Assembly (NCBI GenBank): GCA_017885605.1
Contig: JAFNFT010000037.1
Coordinates: 389-50,344, forward strand
Reading direction: 5' to 3'
DNA length: 49,956 nucleotides
Source of the DNA: Methanobacteriota archaeon
GTDB lineage: Archaea; Thermoplasmatota; E2; DHVEG-1
A model generated the notes under the pieces. That model did not search any database. It was not told the origin of the DNA and was given only the letters and a program-made list of their open reading frames with translations. The position numbers and the translations under genes are program-made. How positions within the stretch are numbered: the stretch's first letter is position 1; every line of letters starts with the position of its first letter. Shown here one piece after another: positions 16,060-25,956 of this stretch.

Positions 16060-17652
16060 ATGAATCAAGGTATGCTGTTTGATCATCTGAGAAACCCCAA
16101 GTTTTATGGTGCTCATGTCACCTCTGTTCAATTGCTACAGACCCATATTTCCTATGTTGCCCTCACGGGGACTTATGCGTATAAGGTCAAAAAAACAGTG
16201 AATTTCGGTTTCCTTGATTTTTCAACGTTGGATAAACGCAAATACTACTGCGATGAGGAACTGCGGCTCAATAGAAGACTCTGCCCGGAGATGTACCTTG
16301 ATGTTCTCCCCATCACGAAGAAAGATAACACCCTTGAACTCAATGGGGATGGAACCATCGTTGAATATACTTTAAAAATGAAGGAATTCCCTCAGGAATG
16401 CATCATGACCAACATGCTTCAACAGGGAAAAATTACTGAGGAAACCATCGACCACCTCATTACGATTTTAATTGATTTCTATAACGCACAAGAAACAACC
16501 GAAGAAATCAAAAAATATGGTGAAGTATCCTCCGTCAAACAAAACATTGATGAGAATTTCGATCAAACCAAACCAATGATCGACATCACAGTTCCAAAAG
16601 AGATCTTTTGGTACATTAAGGATGAAGTCACGAAATTTTTCGAACGCAAAAAGGATGTGTTCGGACGCCGGATGAAAGAAGGGCGGATCTACGATTGCCA
16701 TGGAGATTTACACTCAGGAAATATCGTGGTGTCCGGTGAGACGATCCATATTTTTGACTGCATCGAGTTTAACGATCGCTTTCGCTTCTGCGATGTTGCT
16801 TCAGATATCGGGTTTCTTGCGATGGACCTCGATTATCAGAATCATCCCTACCTGTCAAGTTACTTCATCGAAAAATATGTGGAGAAAAGCAAGGATTTCG
16901 ATGTGTATTCAGTGCTGAATTTTTACAAATCGTACCGAGCGTTCGTCAGAGGGAAAGTCTATGGGTTCCAGCTCAATGATCCACATATCGACCCTGCTAC
17001 AAAAAAGCGTCTTTTATCATCCGCGAAAAAATATTTTGAGTTGTCACAGTATTATACAAGCCTATTTTCCCGTGATCTGCAAAAAAATAAACCATTGCTT
17101 ATCCTCATCGCTGGTTTATCTGGAACCGGGAAATCAACAGTGGCACGCAAAATCGCAGTTGATTATCACACAACACTCATCAACACGGATATCGTGCGAA
17201 AAGAGGCTGCGAGGATCGATCCTTATGAACGACACCATGATCAATACAATACCGGTCTTTATGACCCAAAAAAAATCGATGAGACCTACGAACAGGTCAT
17301 GCAGCATGCCTCCATGTTCTTAAAAAAAGGGTACAACGTCGTCCTTGATGCGACATTCCAGAAGAAAAAATACCGGGAGATGGCACACCATATCGCTGGA
17401 AAACACCATGCGACAATGGTTATAGTACAGTGCACATGCCCTGATGTAGTCGTAAAGAAACGATTGGCGGATCGATTGAAGAAGAAATCTGTTTCCGATG
17501 GGCGCTGGGAGATCTATCTGGTACAAAAAAAGACATTTGAACCATTTACCCCTGATGAGCACTCTCTTACAATGGATGCCTCTGATGAGTCGTACGAGTA
17601 TCGGATGGACTTCTATCAGCAGCTTCTGTCCCATATAAGCAAGGTGATATAA
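16060..17652 (+). CDS. Bifunctional aminoglycoside-phosphotransferase-like / P-loop (AAA_33, gluconate-kinase-like) protein
   Basis: N-terminal QTHIS...AYKVKK, CHGDLHSGNI and FDCIEFN. C-terminal GLSGTGKST, VVLDATF and SDG motifs. Confidence 0.88.
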   Translation: MNQGMLFDHLRNPKFYGAHVTSVQLLQTHISYVALTGTYAYKVKKTVNFGFLDFSTLDKRKYYCDEELRLNRRLCPEMYLDVLPITKKDNTLELNGDGTIVEYTLKMKEFPQECIMTNMLQQGKITEETIDHLITILIDFYNAQETTEEIKKYGEVSSVKQNIDENFDQTKPMIDITVPKEIFWYIKDEVTKFFERKKDVFGRRMKEGRIYDCHGDLHSGNIVVSGETIHIFDCIEFNDRFRFCDVASDIGFLAMDLDYQNHPYLSSYFIEKYVEKSKDFDVYSVLNFYKSYRAFVRGKVYGFQLNDPHIDPATKKRLLSSAKKYFELSQYYTSLFSRDLQKNKPLLILIAGLSGTGKSTVARKIAVDYHTTLINTDIVRKEAARIDPYERHHDQYNTGLYDPKKIDETYEQVMQHASMFLKKGYNVVLDATFQKKKYREMAHHIAGKHHATMVIVQCTCPDVVVKKRLADRLKKKSVSDGRWEIYLVQKKTFEPFTPDEHSLTMDASDESYEYRMDFYQQLLSHISKVI

Positions 17653-18671
17653 TGGAGATTTCAGGATATAACATTGATATCGAGTCTGTGGTTAATCTTA
17701 TTACACAAAAAAACTATAAAACAATCGCGGTTCAGGTTCCGGAAGGGTTGAAACGCAGTATTTTTCCGTTGGTTGATTTCATCAAAAAAGAAACCGGGGC
17801 TACCGTCCTTGTGTCAGCAAATCCCTGCTTTGGCGCTTGTGATGTGGTGAACTACGAACTAAAAAACATGGACGTGGACGGTGTTGTCCATATCGGGCAC
17901 ACTCCGATTCCTGATGTCGAAAATTTTTGGATCCCAACCATCTTTGTGAATGCACAATCAACACTCGACGTTTCCAAGGTTGTTGAAAAAGCGATTCCCT
18001 CATTGATAGGAAAAAAAATAGGTCTTGTCACCACCGCGCAACACCTCCATACTCTTGAGACTGTTGAAAAAATATTACAACAACATGGTCTTGAACCATT
18101 CATTACCGAAGGCGATGAACGCATCGCTTCAAAAGGTCAGATACTCGGTTGTAATTTTTCTGCTGGAGCGCAACTCGCTGAACAGGTTGATTGTTTCTTA
18201 TTCATCGGGAGTGGAACGTTCCACCCGGTTGGTCTTTTAATGAGTACAAAAAAACCGGTGATTGCTGCTGATCCCTATACGAATACCGTGAAAAAACAAG
18301 AAATCGAGGACATGAAAAACAACATGTTACGACAGCGGTACGGTGCGATTCTCGCGTGTCGGAGTGCGCGACGATACGGAATACTTGTTGGACTGAAACG
18401 TGGTCAGCAACGCATAAACCTTGCCTACCAGGTGCAGCAAATGCTTGATTCGGCAGGGAAACTTTCCTTGCTGATTACTCAAGATGAGTTTTCCCCTTTG
18501 TCGCTGCAGGGTTTTGATCTCGATTGTTATGTGTCAACCGCCTGTCCACGGATAGCAATTGATGATTATCTCCAATACAAAAAACCAATCATTACTCCTC
18601 TCGAACTGGAGATTGTTCTGGGGAGGCGCGAATGGGAGACCTATGTGTTTGATGAAATCCTACAGGGGTAG
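17652..18671 (+). CDS. dph2: Diphthamide biosynthesis enzyme Dph2
   Basis: QVPEGLK, CFGACD, HIGH, GQILGCN, ACPRIAIDD (three Fe-S Cys). TAATG overlap with the upstream gene. Confidence 0.94.
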   Translation: MEISGYNIDIESVVNLITQKNYKTIAVQVPEGLKRSIFPLVDFIKKETGATVLVSANPCFGACDVVNYELKNMDVDGVVHIGHTPIPDVENFWIPTIFVNAQSTLDVSKVVEKAIPSLIGKKIGLVTTAQHLHTLETVEKILQQHGLEPFITEGDERIASKGQILGCNFSAGAQLAEQVDCFLFIGSGTFHPVGLLMSTKKPVIAADPYTNTVKKQEIEDMKNNMLRQRYGAILACRSARRYGILVGLKRGQQRINLAYQVQQMLDSAGKLSLLITQDEFSPLSLQGFDLDCYVSTACPRIAIDDYLQYKKPIITPLELEIVLGRREWETYVFDEILQG

Positions 18672-18704
18672 GTCGTCAAAGCTTTTTTATCTCCTTGTTT
18701 CCTC

Positions 18705-19370
18705 ATGGTGCGTATCATGACACTGTTATCTCTTGGATGCGAACCTTTAGATGCTTTGCTCGGGGGTGGCATTGAAAGTGGAATTATTACACGAATCTAT
18801 GGTGAAGCCGGGACAGGAAAAACCAATTTTTGCCTTCAGGCAGTTCGACAATGTGTGTGTTCCCATAAAAAGGTCGCCTATATTGACGCAGAAGGAGTTT
18901 CTGTAGAGAGGATACGACAGATCTGTGTAGACTGCGATTATAAAAACATCCTCCGTGAGATCCTGTTCTTCACCCCAACATCATTTGGATCACAAGAACA
19001 GATGATCTGCGATGCGATTGCGATGAAAGGAATAGGTCTTATTGTTGTCGATACGATTACGATGTTTTATCGATTGAATCTTGAAGAGGACCGGGAAGGA
19101 GCGATCCGTTCATTTACGAGACAAGTAACAAACCTGCAGCTTGCTGCTCGAGAGAAAGATATCTGTGTGATTATCACCGAGCAGGTCTATACAAATAAAA
19201 AAGGTGAAATAAAACCTTTTACGAACCGTGATGCCGAACATATGACAAAAACGATTTTACGGTTCGATCGAAAAGGAATCGGACAACGAGAAGCAATCAT
19301 CATCAAACACCGGTCGCAACCCGAAGGGAAAAAAGCGAGTTTTCGGATTAGTACATGTGGATTGGAATAA
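18705..19370 (+). CDS. radB: DNA repair and recombination protein RadB
   Basis: Short RecA-family ATPase: LDALLGGGIESG, Walker A GEAGTGKT, C-terminal KHR basic patch typical of RadB. Confidence 0.92.
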   Translation: MVRIMTLLSLGCEPLDALLGGGIESGIITRIYGEAGTGKTNFCLQAVRQCVCSHKKVAYIDAEGVSVERIRQICVDCDYKNILREILFFTPTSFGSQEQMICDAIAMKGIGLIVVDTITMFYRLNLEEDREGAIRSFTRQVTNLQLAAREKDICVIITEQVYTNKKGEIKPFTNRDAEHMTKTILRFDRKGIGQREAIIIKHRSQPEGKKASFRISTCGLE

Positions 19371-19388
19371 AGTTAATCCGAGGTTCTT

Positions 19389-21785
19389 TTATGGTCCTGG
19401 TTCTTCGGGTCCAATACTTATGAAACCTGAGGGATTGTTTTGATTCGCATACTCGGCAGCAATCCATGTTGCGTCTAACGGTGTACTAGTAATTTTGATT
19501 TCATCCAGTAGTCCATTCCATAGATTAACAGTACCATCCTGTATAAGACAACCAATCGTTGAGGTATCAGTATTTTGATCATCAAACCAAATTCCATTTG
19601 GATTTTGGCCATCTTGCCAGCTCAGAGCTACTTCGTCTCCATCCAAAAAGAAGCGGTTCTCAGATCCTGTAGAGCTCCAGGAGATATAATGCCAGATGCC
19701 ATCATTCATCCCAACTTCTTTTTGTCCTTGGAAGTTTGAATTTGTACCATAAACATCCCGTGCGTACATCAGTTTACCGCTGTCCCGTTTCCCTAGATAA
19801 ATATATGGTTTTGATGATGAAGTTACTCCTTCGCCCCAAACCGCCATTGGTTCGTCCCCTGTAGTTTGTATCCATGCGGAGCATGTTCCTTCGTTCATCG
19901 TAGAGGTAAAATCGGTAAAAGAAATATAATCATCATTCCCGTCAAATAAATAACAGGAACCAATCTTCCCTTCGATAAGATTTGATGTTGTCATACCACC
20001 ATGGGGAACCCCGTCATTATTGTTCCCTGTGTTATCCTGAATCATTTGGTTTGGTGTCTTGCAGAGATGATACACTGCTTCGAATCCGGTCCAGACTTTC
20101 TCAGGGTATGGCATGTAGAGAGAATCTGGATTACCATAATACATTAATATCACAGTATCCGATGTTGATGATAAGAATGGGATTTTAACCCAGGTTACAA
20201 GGGTCCCTGTTGATTGATTAAATTCGTCGAGATCATGGTAGAGTTTCGAAGCGACACCCAGATTATTCATAAAGAGGATATCTCCACCATCAGCACGTGC
20301 TTTCATTAAATCTACATCGATACAACTGATTAGTACTGGAAAATTGTCTTGATCACTTGATAGTTGTGTATGATCGATCGTGATTTGTTTTCTGTACTGC
20401 CAACCGAAATCAAACGGATTGAATTGAGAGGGATACCCCGTGTCAAAGTGGTAGACCTTACGCGTCCAATGTGGACCATCAGTGACATTTATAAACCATC
20501 GATAAGAAACACCAAAGGTGAGACCGCCCACTGGGACGGTATACGTTCCATCATGAATACCTATTTCATGTTTGAATCCAATATTTGGTGATGTCTCTAC
20601 GGTGTACTCCATCGTATCACCCTGGTAATCTTTCAGCGTGAACTGCAATTGTTGTAGATCCATCGGGACGTCCCGTTCTCCATCTGATGGTGATGGATTT
20701 GTAAGAATCGGTGCTACCGCTTCTGTCGTGAATGTCATGGTTTTTTCCGTGGTATCTTTTCCATCAGTGACTTCAACATACCACGTATACGTCGTTAGAT
20801 CTTCTAAACCACTTACGGGAATCGAGTAGATTCCATCAGGTTTCAGACCACCGGTCCCTGATCCGATGTCAGGATCCGTAATCACATTATAACTCATTAG
20901 TTCATTGTCTGCATCTTGTATCTCAAAGTGTAATTCTGTCGTCGTCATGGGAACCATTTGTTGTCCGTCAGATGGATCGGTCTGCGTGATCTCCGGTGGG
21001 TTGTTCGGCGGGTAGAACTCAAATTCCTCCGCAGTCACCCTCGTATATAATGCATAGCCGAAGATCCCATACGACATGATCGGTGGGAGGAAAATGCTAA
21101 ATCCGATGCCCCAGAACCCCAGGGCGATACCTTGTTGTTGTCCTCCAGCAAGAAAGCCAGTCCGGGAGATCAGACCACCGACGGAGGTGATACCACTGGG
21201 TGTGGACCACCAGACGAACGCCCGAGGGATAGGGGACAAAAGGAAGGGGATGAGTCGAGGGAGGATGATGATAGGAAACGCGGATCCTTCTCCGAATGTA
21301 GCAAAGTTACAGAACCATTCTGAGGCTTTCGTCTGGACGGGATTAGGATTTATGTGAAGAGGATTTTTTGGTTTGGTAGGTGATCTGAGAAGGGAGAGGA
21401 GCTGGTTTTTTGTTACTCCCGGTGGGATGACTTTGGCGTCTAGAAGAAGATTCACAAATTCTTCTTGTAAAGCCTGGGTTTTTTCGCTGGATATATCTGC
21501 TGTCATTTCTTTTTGTATTTCTTGATATTTTTCATAGATTTTTTGTGCCTGCGATGTTGATAGAGGCATGTTCTGTTTTTCTAACCCGTTTTTTCCAATG
21601 ATATATACTGTGATGGAACTGGTTTTTTCAATCGAAGGAAGTGATGTTGCAGTAATATTTTGTTGTTGTGTCGGTGTTTGTGTCTGTCCTAAGCTCACAG
21701 ATGGAATACTTGTGGTGACTAAGAGAATAATAATTCCTAAAATTACTCCGCTTTTAAATTTGGTACCTTTCATCTCTTTCCCCAT
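19389..21785 (-). CDS. Secreted/surface protein with Ig/FN3-like repeats, DUF2341-like and LamG-like domains
   Basis: Signal peptide; two similar beta-rich modules (PSDG...TYTWY/YRWF..VTDG); WQYRKQITIDH...DGGDILF...WVKIP...MYYGN; C-terminal LamG-like FDGNDDYI...WHY...GLLDEIKI. Confidence 0.8.
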   Translation of the reverse strand: MGKEMKGTKFKSGVILGIIILLVTTSIPSVSLGQTQTPTQQQNITATSLPSIEKTSSITVYIIGKNGLEKQNMPLSTSQAQKIYEKYQEIQKEMTADISSEKTQALQEEFVNLLLDAKVIPPGVTKNQLLSLLRSPTKPKNPLHINPNPVQTKASEWFCNFATFGEGSAFPIIILPRLIPFLLSPIPRAFVWWSTPSGITSVGGLISRTGFLAGGQQQGIALGFWGIGFSIFLPPIMSYGIFGYALYTRVTAEEFEFYPPNNPPEITQTDPSDGQQMVPMTTTELHFEIQDADNELMSYNVITDPDIGSGTGGLKPDGIYSIPVSGLEDLTTYTWYVEVTDGKDTTEKTMTFTTEAVAPILTNPSPSDGERDVPMDLQQLQFTLKDYQGDTMEYTVETSPNIGFKHEIGIHDGTYTVPVGGLTFGVSYRWFINVTDGPHWTRKVYHFDTGYPSQFNPFDFGWQYRKQITIDHTQLSSDQDNFPVLISCIDVDLMKARADGGDILFMNNLGVASKLYHDLDEFNQSTGTLVTWVKIPFLSSTSDTVILMYYGNPDSLYMPYPEKVWTGFEAVYHLCKTPNQMIQDNTGNNNDGVPHGGMTTSNLIEGKIGSCYLFDGNDDYISFTDFTSTMNEGTCSAWIQTTGDEPMAVWGEGVTSSSKPYIYLGKRDSGKLMYARDVYGTNSNFQGQKEVGMNDGIWHYISWSSTGSENRFFLDGDEVALSWQDGQNPNGIWFDDQNTDTSTIGCLIQDGTVNLWNGLLDEIKITSTPLDATWIAAEYANQNNPSGFISIGPEEPGP

Positions 21786-21916
21786 TTTGCATACGACCTT
21801 GAAGTATATCTAATTTTTGAACATAGTTTTTATATAATGGATATATGACAATAAAAACGAATGATCTTGACTAAAACTATTTAACGATGGTTCTTATTTT
21901 ATAAAGCGAATATCTT

Positions 21917-22510
21917 ATGGATGAACACGAGAATATCAACTATAAAACACTGCGCAGAGCCCAGCAAGATGAGCAAGCCTCGTCTCTTCTTACAAAGATC
22001 AATGTCAGTTTCTACAAGGATCTTTCATTGTATATCCAAACCCTTGAGCGGAGCATTGAAAATGAAAAGAACCCTTTAAAACTCAAGCTCTTCACTGATG
22101 AAGTCCAAAACACAAAAAAAATTGCCAACAGCATCTATGAGCTTCGAGAGAAAAAAATTGTTCAGGCAGCACTTGCGACAGCTCGTAGCGCCACCCCTGA
22201 TCTAACAAATCTTCTTGAGATTGAAAAAAAATTATACAGGTCTCTTGTGGAACAGATTATCGTCTCACGTAGTGAAATCTTTGAAAAACCAACGGATTTT
22301 CCTGTTACAACACCACCAGCATCACCAACGAGTAATCAAGCCAAGCAAGATTCTAACACACATCCGATTGTCCGTGTCTTAGAAGACACCCCTGCATTTA
22401 TCGGAACCGATGGAAACACCTATTTGTTGCGTAAAGAAGACGTGCTTTCAATGCCAAGCGAAATGACAGAGCCACTCCTGAAAAAAAAGGTAGTCGAACC
22501 GGTGAAATAA
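21917..22510 (+). CDS. GINS complex subunit (Gins15/Gins51-like)
   Basis: Helical A-domain (IYELREKKIV...NLLEIEKKLY), Pro/Thr linker, B-domain (VRVLEDTPAFIGTDGNTYLLRKEDVLSMP). Sits immediately upstream of rpl44e. Confidence 0.8.
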   Translation: MDEHENINYKTLRRAQQDEQASSLLTKINVSFYKDLSLYIQTLERSIENEKNPLKLKLFTDEVQNTKKIANSIYELREKKIVQAALATARSATPDLTNLLEIEKKLYRSLVEQIIVSRSEIFEKPTDFPVTTPPASPTSNQAKQDSNTHPIVRVLEDTPAFIGTDGNTYLLRKEDVLSMPSEMTEPLLKKKVVEPVK

Positions 22511-22569
22511 GGCACCCTACATTTTTATATACCTTTCTTACTTACGGTTACAATCGAACTGTGATATCT

Positions 22570-22851
22570 ATGAAGATACCTAGGAAAATTAAACGGTACT
22601 GTCCTTACTGTAAAAAACACACGCTTCACGAAGTTGACAAGATGAAAAAACGAAAAGCAAGCGAGCTGAAACGAGGACAACGACGGTTCAGACGAGCCAC
22701 CAGTGGATACGGAGGGTTTCCTCGACCAAAACCAGAGGGGCGAGAGAAAACCAGCAGACGGATAGCAACCCGATTCACTTGCACGGTCTGTAAAAAAATG
22801 CATCAGCCGCCGAGCATACGGTCAAAAAAATTTGAGATAGAAGGTGAATAA
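22570..22851 (+). CDS. rpl44e: 50S ribosomal protein L44e
   Basis: MKIPRKIKRYCPYCKKHTLH...GYGGFPRP...CTVCKK. Confidence 0.96.
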   Translation: MKIPRKIKRYCPYCKKHTLHEVDKMKKRKASELKRGQRRFRRATSGYGGFPRPKPEGREKTSRRIATRFTCTVCKKMHQPPSIRSKKFEIEGE

Positions 22852-22855
22852 ACCT

Positions 22856-23032
22856 ATGGATCAACCAAAAAGCAGGTTCATTAAAGTACGATGTAATGAT
22901 TGTGAAAACGAGCAAGTCCTGTTTGACAAGGCAAGTACGACGGTCCTGTGTCATATCTGCGGCAGTAAACTTGCGACCCCAACTGGCGGGAAAGCTCGGA
23001 TAAAAGGAACCATTTTAGAGACTATTGAATAA
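22856..23032 (+). CDS. rps27e: 30S ribosomal protein S27e
   Basis: SRFIKVRCNDCENEQVLF...CHICG..LATPTGGKA. GGTGA SD precedes the ATG at 22856. Confidence 0.96.
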   Translation: MDQPKSRFIKVRCNDCENEQVLFDKASTTVLCHICGSKLATPTGGKARIKGTILETIE

Positions 23033-23043
23033 GGTTTATCTCC

Positions 23044-23832
23044 ATGATGAAAAAGGAGTACCCTGAAGAAGGAGAACTCGTTGTTGGTACGATAACCAAA
23101 GTCCAAGGTTTTGGCGCGTTTGTGTCACTTGATGAATACCCTAATAAAGAAGGGTTCATCCATATTTCTGAAATAGCGACGGGCTGGGTAAAACGTATCC
23201 GTAATTTTGTGAGAGAAAAACAGAAAGTTGTCTGTAAGGTCGTCCATGTCGATGAAGCAAAGAAACATATCGATCTTTCCTTAAAGAAAGTCAATGATCA
23301 TCAACGGCGAGAAAAAATCCAGGATTGGAAGAATGCGCAGAAAGCAACAAAACTCTTTGAGATGGTCGCACAAGTGCTTGGGAAATCAGTTGATCAATGT
23401 TATACGGAATTCGGCGATGCTCTTGTAAAAAAATATGGGACGATGTATGCAGCATTTGAAGAATGCGCTTATGATGCAAACACCCTGAAAAACGATGGTT
23501 TTTCCGGGGATTGGCTGAATAAATTCGAGGAGGTCGCCAAGGGGAGCATCACGGTTCCTTTCGTTGAGATTAAAGGGATGCTTCTTCTTACGTCCTTTCT
23601 TCCAGATGGGATTACTCATATCAAGGAAGCACTTAGCATCGCTGAAAAAAGCGAGTTCGATGACGTCACCATCGATATCAAGTACATTGGCGCGCCTCGT
23701 TACATGGTTAAAGTCAAGGCTCCTGATTATAAGATTGCAGAATCGCAGATGAAAAAAGCGGTTGAGCGCGCTGACGCGTATATGAAAAAAATGAAAGGTG
23801 AATGCGAGTTTCAACGTGAAGTCGAAGCATAA
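23044..23832 (+). CDS. eif2a: Translation initiation factor 2 subunit alpha
   Basis: S1 domain YPEEGELVVG...LDEY...GFIHISEIATGWV...IDLSLK and C-terminal GAPRY. Confidence 0.96.
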   Translation: MMKKEYPEEGELVVGTITKVQGFGAFVSLDEYPNKEGFIHISEIATGWVKRIRNFVREKQKVVCKVVHVDEAKKHIDLSLKKVNDHQRREKIQDWKNAQKATKLFEMVAQVLGKSVDQCYTEFGDALVKKYGTMYAAFEECAYDANTLKNDGFSGDWLNKFEEVAKGSITVPFVEIKGMLLLTSFLPDGITHIKEALSIAEKSEFDDVTIDIKYIGAPRYMVKVKAPDYKIAESQMKKAVERADAYMKKMKGECEFQREVEA

Positions 23833-24005
23833 TGTCTGAAATACTATATTGTCAACATTGTCAGCGGTACACCATTCATCCGGTCTGTGGTGTCTGCAAG
23901 GGAAAAACAATATTCAATAAACCTGCTCGGTTTTCACCGCAGGATCATTATGGGAAGTACCGCCGGGCGTTAAAAAAAAGAAATGGGGAAGAGCTGAGAC
24001 AATGA
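23832..24005 (+). CDS. nop10: Nop10 H/ACA RNP protein (missing from the ORF track, 57 aa)
   Basis: Manual translation: MSEILYCQHCQRYTIHPVCGVCKGKTIFNKPARFSPQDHYGKYRRALKKRNGEELRQ. TAATG and ATGA overlaps with flanking genes; canonical position after aIF2-alpha. Confidence 0.93.
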   Translation: MSEILYCQHCQRYTIHPVCGVCKGKTIFNKPARFSPQDHYGKYRRALKKRNGEELRQ

Positions 24006-24766
24006 ACCTAGTAGAAATAAAGTACATTGAGAAAAAACCAAAACTTAAAAATCCGATTTTTATTGAAGGATTACCTGGGATTGGGAATGTCGGGAAACTT
24101 GCTGTGGAACATCTTATTGATACGATGAAAGCAAGAAAATTCGCTGAGTTGTACAGCAAGGATTTTCCTCCGCAGGTGTTCATCAACCCTGATGGGACCA
24201 TTAAGTTGGTCAATAACGAGTTTTATTATTGGAAGGCAAAGAAGAAGGGCCAGCAGGACATCGTTCTCTTAACTGGGGATTACCAGGGTCTTTCATCGCA
24301 AGGGCAATATGAGCTTGCAGAGTCCATCCTTGATATTGTTCAGGACCTGGGTGTGAAACAGATGTTCACCCTTGGTGGGTACGGCCTTGGTCGGGAGATT
24401 AAAGAACCAAAGGTGCTTTTTGCGACCACCGATGTTCGTCTTGTGAAAACCATGAAGAAGTATGGGGCGATTTTTAAGAAGAACGAACCTGGTGGCGGAA
24501 TCATTGGTGCGAGTGGTTTACTGCTTGGTTTAGGCAAGCTTCGAGGTTTAGTTGGTACCTGTTTTATGGGTGAGACCCCCGGGTATCTTGTTGACCCGAA
24601 GAGTGCGAAAGCGGTTCTAAAGGTTCTTACCAAGGCGGTAAATGTCACTATTGATCTTTCGCGGCTTGAGGAGAAAGCAAAAGAGATAGAGTATATCGCT
24701 CAGCAGCTCAATGAAATGGAAACGATGGTCAAAGAAAAACCAGATGACATTCGGTATATCGGTTAG
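24002..24766 (+). CDS. Proteasome assembly chaperone (PAC2) family protein
   Basis: IEGLPGIGNVGKL, FPPQV, TLGGY, IIGASGLLLG, MGETPGY..DP and C-terminal YIG; conserved position after nop10. Confidence 0.9.
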   Translation: MNLVEIKYIEKKPKLKNPIFIEGLPGIGNVGKLAVEHLIDTMKARKFAELYSKDFPPQVFINPDGTIKLVNNEFYYWKAKKKGQQDIVLLTGDYQGLSSQGQYELAESILDIVQDLGVKQMFTLGGYGLGREIKEPKVLFATTDVRLVKTMKKYGAIFKKNEPGGGIIGASGLLLGLGKLRGLVGTCFMGETPGYLVDPKSAKAVLKVLTKAVNVTIDLSRLEEKAKEIEYIAQQLNEMETMVKEKPDDIRYIG

Positions 24767-24850
24767 TGGTTCTCCTAATTTTTTTTCTTTTTTTATTAAA
24801 CTATACTTATTAAAAGAAATTAAAATAAAAAGAAAAAGAAAAATGGTGTC

Positions 24851-25789
24851 TTACTTGATGCCAAGGAGGAAAAACAGCAGGAGTGTTGCACTATGTTCCG
24901 AAGATGTTTCTTTCACATTTGCCGCGGATACTTGTAATGAGATTTCAACTTTTCCAAATCCCAGAAGGAGTCCTGCACGTAGGGTCATTTCTTGACCTGG
25001 TTGTAGTTCTGATATATTACCAGTGAAATGTATTCCAATGAAAACGAGTTTACCAGAAATCGTAAAATTCAATTGAACATCCCATGCGGTATAATTACCG
25101 ATGTTTTTAATAATAATTGAGGATCCAAAACCGCCTTTCAGTGTAATCTGTAGGAATGTTTCATGAAGACCATAGGTTTTAAAACATCCATCAGCACCGA
25201 CAAATTCTGTCCAGTTTTGACCATCGTTTGTTGAAAGGTATACCGTCCCATTTTGATAGATGTTTGTACCATTCCCAGAGATCCAGTAGTAGTTGTCGGT
25301 GACATTCGCGGTGTAGACAACAATGTAATACGTCTGTCCTGGGGTGACCCAGATGTCATCGAAGTTGAATTCTATCCATGCTAATTGTTCCTCTGTCGGG
25401 GTTCCGTTGACAATGGGAAATCCATTTGGTTCGACAGAGGTGATCGCGAGATCCTTTTCTGTTAAGTTATCTCTTATTGCTAAAAAGCAAGGATATGTGG
25501 TAGATGCGTTTCTTGCCATCAAAAAGAAGGTTCTTGTCAATACTTCCATCTGGGGGATGAACGACTGTGCTATTGAGAGATTTGCGTAGTAACCAAAAAT
25601 ATTCGTTCTCCCTAATGGTAACGATCCATCATAATCAGTCATGGATTGATCGAGTTCATCGACGTACGGTGACTCGGTGATGCCACTTCTTTGACTGTTT
25701 TTCTGATTTTGGTCTGTTGCTGCTACAGCAGCGCCTAGTCCTCCAAGGACTACGATGCCTATAATAAGACATGATAACAATTTTTTCAT
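24851..25789 (-). CDS. Secreted hypothetical protein with beta-rich core and CARDB-like C-terminal domain
   Basis: Signal peptide; DELDQS...AQSFIP...WIEFNFDDIWVTPGQTYYIV; C-terminal GGFG...IKNIG...LQPG...GFGKVEI...LLLFFLLGIK. Confidence 0.75.
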   Translation of the reverse strand: MKKLLSCLIIGIVVLGGLGAAVAATDQNQKNSQRSGITESPYVDELDQSMTDYDGSLPLGRTNIFGYYANLSIAQSFIPQMEVLTRTFFLMARNASTTYPCFLAIRDNLTEKDLAITSVEPNGFPIVNGTPTEEQLAWIEFNFDDIWVTPGQTYYIVVYTANVTDNYYWISGNGTNIYQNGTVYLSTNDGQNWTEFVGADGCFKTYGLHETFLQITLKGGFGSSIIIKNIGNYTAWDVQLNFTISGKLVFIGIHFTGNISELQPGQEMTLRAGLLLGFGKVEISLQVSAANVKETSSEHSATLLLFFLLGIK

Positions 25790-25956
25790 TTTCTTTGCCT
25801 CTCCCGGATATTCGTTATGGAAATATTATATCAAATCAGTATATAAATTTTTTTTACCACATTGTTAAAAGAACTTAAAAAATTATTTGAACTTTTAAAA
25901 AATGTGTTTTTTTTCTCTTGTGTTACTCACCAAAAGAATTTTTTTGAAAATTGTTA

